Origin: a virus
Lineage: Duplodnaviria > Caudoviricetes
Length of the DNA stretch: 64,000 nucleotides
Virus record (IMG/VR): IMGVR_UViG_3300042502_000300
Coordinates: 171 to 64,170 of that record
Reading direction: 5' to 3' (one strand)
The notes beneath the pieces were generated by a model that had not been told where the DNA came from, made no database searches, and saw only the letters and a program-made list of their open reading frames with translations. Shown here piece by piece: positions 59,297 to 64,000 of this stretch (positions are counted from its first letter, which is position 1; each line of letters opens with the position of its first letter). The position numbers and the translations under genes were made by a program.

Positions 59297-61519
59297 TTAC
59301 AACATTCCTAGCATATACTTTTCTGCATTTTTAATTGAGTCGTCTGAAGCGAGCATAATCTTAATTATATTAGGATCAATGTGTTCAGGATGGACATACC
59401 AATCTTCATAACAACTAGTTTCATTAGGAGCTATATTGCTAGCTATAAGTAAATATCCCTTACTTAATAAAAAGCTTCTTGACTTGCTTCTAAATGCTCC
59501 TGATACATCTGTATAATGGTCATGCTCATATGTAATTACACCAAAAGTACATTGATCCCAAGGCAACATTGTAAGTATTTCATAAGTAGTTGAAGGTGGT
59601 TCACAATCTACTTGTAAGTAATCAATATGACCTTTAAGAATTGAATAGTCAAATTTTGTTGCATCGCATAAAATAATCTCATTTTTTCTATGCTCTTTAA
59701 ATTTTTCTACCTCATGTGGTAATATTTCTAATGAAGTCCCTGTCCATCCAAACTCTTCTAAAAGGGCTGTATTGCTTCCATGAAATGGATCAGCTGCTCC
59801 AATCTCAAAATATGTACCGTTTTTCTTTCCATTAAGCATGGATAAAGTAAACATGTCTTGATATGTTTGAGAGTAATTCTTTTCAATATTTTCTGATCCA
59901 GGGAACTTATATCTTAAGTGATTGTAAAATCCTTTATGATACCTTAAAAATGGATCAGGTCCAGAACCTAGTGATGTAATATTAGACTGAACTAATTTTT
60001 GATATCTTTCGCTTAACTTACAACCATTATTAACTAATTTAATAAATTCATCTCTTGATTCTTGTGACCTTCCAATCCACCATGCGGTGACGGCCTTTTG
60101 AAAATAAAGCTGATAAGAATCCTCATATCCTACATTATTAGATACCTGTTGAGCATTTACTTCAAAAGCTAATCCAGTAACTGCGTAATTATATGCTTCA
60201 TGATATTGCTGTCTTGCTTCCGCCCACTCACTTAAAAATAAATAAGCTTCTGGCCTTTCTGGCGCAAAAGATACTGCATTTAACCATAAGCTCTTTTCTG
60301 TAGTTCCTCTTCTTCCTTGTGTTGCTAAACATTTAGCCACCATAAGTAATGACTCATAAACATCATCATCATTCCATCCATATTCTGCTGATCTTAAATA
60401 AAAAGATAAACCAGATGCTGTATGACCCTGACTAAAGTAAAACTCACCTAATTCAAAATTATTACCAGAATGGAATGGATCCATAATAAAATTTTCTAAT
60501 CTTTGCGGAGTTAATCCTTTAGACTTATACTCTTGTTCTTCATCTAATACAATATTTGTCATTGATTCAAATGTATGCCTTGGTAGCCTTAAAATAAAAG
60601 CTGTTGAGTCTTGAAAACCAAATGGTATAATAAAATCATTACCATCGTATGCTAAACCGCAAGAGAACTCAATATTTGCAGTCATGAACTTAAATTCTTC
60701 TGATGAACCAACAATATTCCAATCCATATCCCATACAATAAATCTATGGTAGTAATGCGCGTCTTTTCTCCCTTGTTCATTTTTCCATAAATCTACCTCA
60801 TGTGTAAGTGCAATTCTATAATCTCCTATGGTAATAACCTGAGAGCCACCTCTAATATCTCTTGGAAAATCAACATCATTATGCACAATATGAATTGTTT
60901 CTGAAGTACCATCATTTATATTTACTTTGACTACTTCTGTAGGATTAGTCCATTTAACGTAATGATAAGGCATATCAAGAATAGGCATCCAATTTTTTTC
61001 ACAGTACGAATGAGTAGGCGGCTCTATTCTATATCTTTCTGATTCCTTTCCAAGAACTTCAATTTTAGATAACTCCATTCGGCCTTCACCGTCTATTTTA
61101 GTATCCCTACGAACCCCTGTTAGGAATAAGTTATCATCCCAATATGCTATTCTCGCATCTTCCAAGCCTATAAATTCCCAAACAGGCGCAACATCTAATT
61201 TAGATGTATCAACTTTTTTATATTGATCAATACAAAGTGTATTTGGATCTAATCCACATATATAATTAGTTGTTCTAAGAGTAACATCATCTTCTGGATT
61301 AAGATATGCTAACGGCCCCCATGGGGTTTGAAATTGCTGATTTCCTTCGCTATGATATAAAGTATACTGAACATGCCTTAAATTTAATAAGTACGCCCCA
61401 TCTTTATATATTAATGATGGATTAGTAAGTCCTAAGCCATCTGTAATATTTGAAGGAAGTAAAAGATAGTTAACAGAGCCTCCATCTTCTAAGGCTGTTT
61501 TACAAAGATTATTATTCAT
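59297..61519 (-). CDS. Three-domain glycan enzyme: GH130/GT108-like propeller, TPR and FkbM-like methyltransferase
   Basis: TNPS, LEDAR, EKNW, RGGS and IEFSCG; ERPEAY TPR; SQ..QD, FEIGA, GSNT, IDYLQVDCE and EDWY. Confidence 0.75.
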   Translation of the reverse strand: MNNNLCKTALEDGGSVNYLLLPSNITDGLGLTNPSLIYKDGAYLLNLRHVQYTLYHSEGNQQFQTPWGPLAYLNPEDDVTLRTTNYICGLDPNTLCIDQYKKVDTSKLDVAPVWEFIGLEDARIAYWDDNLFLTGVRRDTKIDGEGRMELSKIEVLGKESERYRIEPPTHSYCEKNWMPILDMPYHYVKWTNPTEVVKVNINDGTSETIHIVHNDVDFPRDIRGGSQVITIGDYRIALTHEVDLWKNEQGRKDAHYYHRFIVWDMDWNIVGSSEEFKFMTANIEFSCGLAYDGNDFIIPFGFQDSTAFILRLPRHTFESMTNIVLDEEQEYKSKGLTPQRLENFIMDPFHSGNNFELGEFYFSQGHTASGLSFYLRSAEYGWNDDDVYESLLMVAKCLATQGRRGTTEKSLWLNAVSFAPERPEAYLFLSEWAEARQQYHEAYNYAVTGLAFEVNAQQVSNNVGYEDSYQLYFQKAVTAWWIGRSQESRDEFIKLVNNGCKLSERYQKLVQSNITSLGSGPDPFLRYHKGFYNHLRYKFPGSENIEKNYSQTYQDMFTLSMLNGKKNGTYFEIGAADPFHGSNTALLEEFGWTGTSLEILPHEVEKFKEHRKNEIILCDATKFDYSILKGHIDYLQVDCEPPSTTYEILTMLPWDQCTFGVITYEHDHYTDVSGAFRSKSRSFLLSKGYLLIASNIAPNETSCYEDWYVHPEHIDPNIIKIMLASDDSIKNAEKYMLGML

Positions 61520-61548
61520 TTAATGCTGATTATACAGCAAATATACAA

Positions 61549-61704
61549 TTATTCTCCCTTCAAAGCTCTTATTTCTTCATATATTGCAAGAAGTTCTGCT
61601 TCTTTTTGAGCAATAATTTCTTCTTGTGTAGGTTCAGCTACTTCAATAAACTCAACTCGAACTAATCCGTTCTCATCGTAAATTTCGTTTCTTACTTGTG
61701 GCAT
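61549..61704 (-). CDS. Small fibre-associated protein
   Basis: MPQVRNEIYDENGLV...; start moved to the ATG at 61704. Confidence 0.65.
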   Translation of the reverse strand: MPQVRNEIYDENGLVRVEFIEVAEPTQEEIIAQKEAELLAIYEEIRALKGE

Positions 61705-61714
61705 AGTTATTTTT

Positions 61715-62374
61715 TTATAAGGCTTGAATGAAAACTGCAGCGTGTCCATTACTTAACAAACTCCAAACGCCCGTTGATGGAATAGGTCCTGGAGGAGGAG
61801 TTACAAAAGTAAAATTTGTCGTGAGCACAGCGTAATTCATTGTTGAACCTGGTGAACTAACTCCCAAAGGTAAACAACTACCTGAGGCAAATCCTGTAAA
61901 TTGTGCACCGGCTTGATTATGTATTGTTCCAATCCAATAAACAGTGTTTGCATCAAAAACAAAACTTCTCGCCGTGACTGTTTTTAATCCAGTTGTTGAA
62001 CAATCTAAATTCGTGGATTCATAAAGTTTCGAACTTGGATAACCGTTCAAATCACTGTAAATTAATATTTTTGCTAATGATCCAGCTGATGCAATTACAA
62101 CATTTATAGCAAAATTACTTGCCGTAAATGTTGTTTTTGGGATAATAGGAATAAATGACATTCTGTTTGACGAAGTCGGTTGATTGGATGAGCCACCGGC
62201 GTTAACTAATTGCCCGGAAAAATACTGGCCCGAAATTGGTTTGGTGTTAAAATGAACTCCACCGCCTCCCCCAACTACTAAATCCCCACTACCTAAAACC
62301 GAACTTCCGTTTATTGTTTTGATGTTTGTCCCACTTACTAATGGCTCTTGTATGTTTGTATCACCTATTTTCAT
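61715..62374 (-). CDS. Fibre/receptor-binding-type protein
   Basis: LVSGTNIKTING.S.LGSGD repeat followed by a beta-sandwich. Confidence 0.75.
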   Translation of the reverse strand: MKIGDTNIQEPLVSGTNIKTINGSSVLGSGDLVVGGGGGVHFNTKPISGQYFSGQLVNAGGSSNQPTSSNRMSFIPIIPKTTFTASNFAINVVIASAGSLAKILIYSDLNGYPSSKLYESTNLDCSTTGLKTVTARSFVFDANTVYWIGTIHNQAGAQFTGFASGSCLPLGVSSPGSTMNYAVLTTNFTFVTPPPGPIPSTGVWSLLSNGHAAVFIQAL

Positions 62375-62673
62375 GATATAAAATTTGGTTTAACATTAAT
62401 AGAATTAGTTTTACCTTCCATTTGAGACAATAAAAGTCCTTCTAGTTTAGGCATATCTAAATTCATCCAACTTAATAATTCTTGTTCAGTTAAGTCTTCT
62501 AAAGGAATAAAATTATTAGGATCTGGCTGGCTAAAACACTCTTCACCATATATAGAATCTGTAGTTTTTCCTATAGTTCCAAATAATCTCCAAGAAGCCC
62601 TAATGACAACATCAGTTAAGCCATCTTTTATTTTAAGGCACTCTAAGTTTTCTATTTTAAGTTTTGTCATCAT
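62371..62673 (-). CDS. Fibre-associated phage protein
   Basis: DGLTDVV..ASWR...[13 protein letters not shown] pattern, common next to fibre genes. Confidence 0.75.
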   Translation of the reverse strand: MMTKLKIENLECLKIKDGLTDVVIRASWRLFGTIGKTTDSIYGEECFSQPDPNNFIPLEDLTEQELLSWMNLDMPKLEGLLLSQMEGKTNSINVKPNFIS

Positions 62674-64000
62674 AATTCAATCCAAGTATTATCTGGTTGG
62701 AATCTTATAACTACTCCGGTACCAGTATCATAAATATTATGACCTATTAATCGTACAACTTCACCTGTAGCTGATGGAGCCACCTCAGTTACAGATCCTG
62801 CATTTCCTGTATTACTTGTTTCAATGTATAATGGAGCACCAGGGGCTGCTGTACCATTTTGAGTATGTTTTGTAGTTATAATCATACCGTCTAATAATAC
62901 TGCAAATGTAGCATCAGTTGCTACATCATCAAGTGCTATTCCTAATAAATTAATAGATGTAGCAGCCGCGGCAGAATTGGCTAAGTACCATTTGTTTTGA
63001 TTGCTGCGTAAATAAACTAATTCACCTTTTGCTATATTCTCACCTGCTGTTACTTGGGTTAATGTTTGACCATTAAAGTTTCCTGTCCAAGATTGTATGT
63101 CTGTATAATTAGAAATAGATGAAATCCCCTGATTAGGTTGGAGAGTTATATTAAGTTCGGCATCATCACCTCCAGCATATAAAGATGAATTTCCTTTATT
63201 CCATTTCAAATAATTATCTAAACTATCAACAATATCTCCTAATACTCCAATATTACCTTGCACATCAAGTTTATATCCTGGGGTATTGGTTCCAATTCCT
63301 ACATCGCCTGTAGAATTGATTGTCATTTTTTGAGTACTATTGGTAAAGAAATTAATTTTACCAGAAGTAGCTGTATTATAAACAATCATATCTCCAGAAC
63401 TAAGCTGAGCTAGAATAGCATTATTGGATGGTTGATTAGCTGTTTTAAATGCTACACCTGCTATTGCGTTAGATCCTGTGTTTGTATTCTCAATTAGTTC
63501 TCCAAATGCAAATGTATTATTATTAATCTGAATATGATATTTAGAAGTAGGAGATGTTGTACCTAACCCTACATTAGTACCATCATCAAAAATTTGACTA
63601 TTACCTATCGCAGTACTACTTGTGAATTTTGATACATAATTTGTTGTACCACTAACTCCAGGTCCGGTAACACCTTGAAAGCCTTGCACTCCTTGCATAC
63701 CTTGTATACCTTGTGTACCTTGAATACCTTGCAACCCTTGTATACCTTGTATACCTTGTGTACCTTGTGTACCTTGTGTACCTTGAATACCCTGTATACC
63801 CTGTATACCTTGTGAACCCGTATCTCCCGTAGTACCTGTAGTTCCTTGCGATCCAGTAGCTCCCGTAGTACCTGTAGTTCCTTGCGATCCCGTAGCTCCC
63901 GTAGTACCTGTAGTTCCTTGTGATCCGGTTGCGCCTGTAGTACCCGTAGTTCCTTGGCGGCCCTGAATGCCTTGTATACCCTGTATACCTTGTGAACCCG
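62670..64000 (-). CDS. Collagen-like fibre protein, C-terminal part (collagen end, GNVGIGT repeats, cement-like C-terminal domain)
   Basis: Gly-X-Y frame open from the window edge; [19 protein letters not shown] repeats; [13 protein letters not shown]...LGIAL...G.PLY. Confidence 0.9.
   Translation of the reverse strand, partial: GSQGIQGIQGIQGRQGTTGTTGATGSQGTTGTTGATGSQGTTGTTGATGSQGTTGTTGDTGSQGIQGIQGIQGTQGTQGTQGIQGIQGLQGIQGTQGIQGMQGVQGFQGVTGPGVSGTTNYVSKFTSSTAIGNSQIFDDGTNVGLGTTSPTSKYHIQINNNTFAFGELIENTNTGSNAIAGVAFKTANQPSNNAILAQLSSGDMIVYNTATSGKINFFTNSTQKMTINSTGDVGIGTNTPGYKLDVQGNIGVLGDIVDSLDNYLKWNKGNSSLYAGGDDAELNITLQPNQGISSISNYTDIQSWTGNFNGQTLTQVTAGENIAKGELVYLRSNQNKWYLANSAAAATSINLLGIALDDVATDATFAVLLDGMIITTKHTQNGTAAPGAPLYIETSNTGNAGSVTEVAPSATGEVVRLIGHNIYDTGTGVVIRFQPDNTWIEL

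Larger units (their letters stand above)
1..64000. mobile_element. Complete or near-complete tailed dsDNA bacteriophage genome (podovirus-like, probable Bacteroidota host)
   Basis: Terminase, portal, capsid, tail, ejection, lysis and replication genes are present, no host housekeeping genes are seen, the ends overlap, and TAnnTTTG promoters occur throughout. Confidence 0.95.

Noticed and set aside
1-64000. Canonical tRNA genes, integrase, reverse transcriptase/DGR and stop-codon reassignment
   Set aside because: I saw no full cloverleaf, recombinase or RT motifs by eye, and long genes are intact under the standard bacterial code; tRNAscan and HMM searches would be needed to exclude them formally

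Overview
The window is an apparently complete, circularly permuted ~64 kb dsDNA tailed phage genome; bases 1-45 recur at 63956-64000. The host is most likely a Bacteroidota member, given the many TAnnTTTG -7 promoter boxes, the DUF3127 SSB and the VirE/BT4734-type primase. The + strand (about 8.4-25.2 kb) carries small early genes and recombination/replication genes, with no recognisable DNA polymerase, RNA polymerase or integrase. The - strand carries a podovirus-like virion block: terminase, portal, scaffold, major capsid, tail ring and nozzle proteins, and ejection proteins including a 3272-aa polyvalent protein. It also carries lysis genes, GroEL/GroES and a collagen-like fibre gene that spans the window junction. 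The most interesting signal is a candidate two-part virion O-glycosylation system. One part is a mucin-like poly-Thr tail protein translationally coupled to a plant GT95/GT96-like peptide O-glycosyltransferase. The other is a Thr-rich collagen fibre module followed by a GH130/GT108-like propeller-TPR-FkbM methyltransferase fusion. Other signals are a type I hammerhead ribozyme between early genes, an anticodon-less tRNA-like element in a long early leader, an array of 28-30 bp TGTC...GACA palindromes, and a recurrent TAAATCAGAATAA gene-junction motif. All family assignments come from motif recognition by eye, not from database searches.
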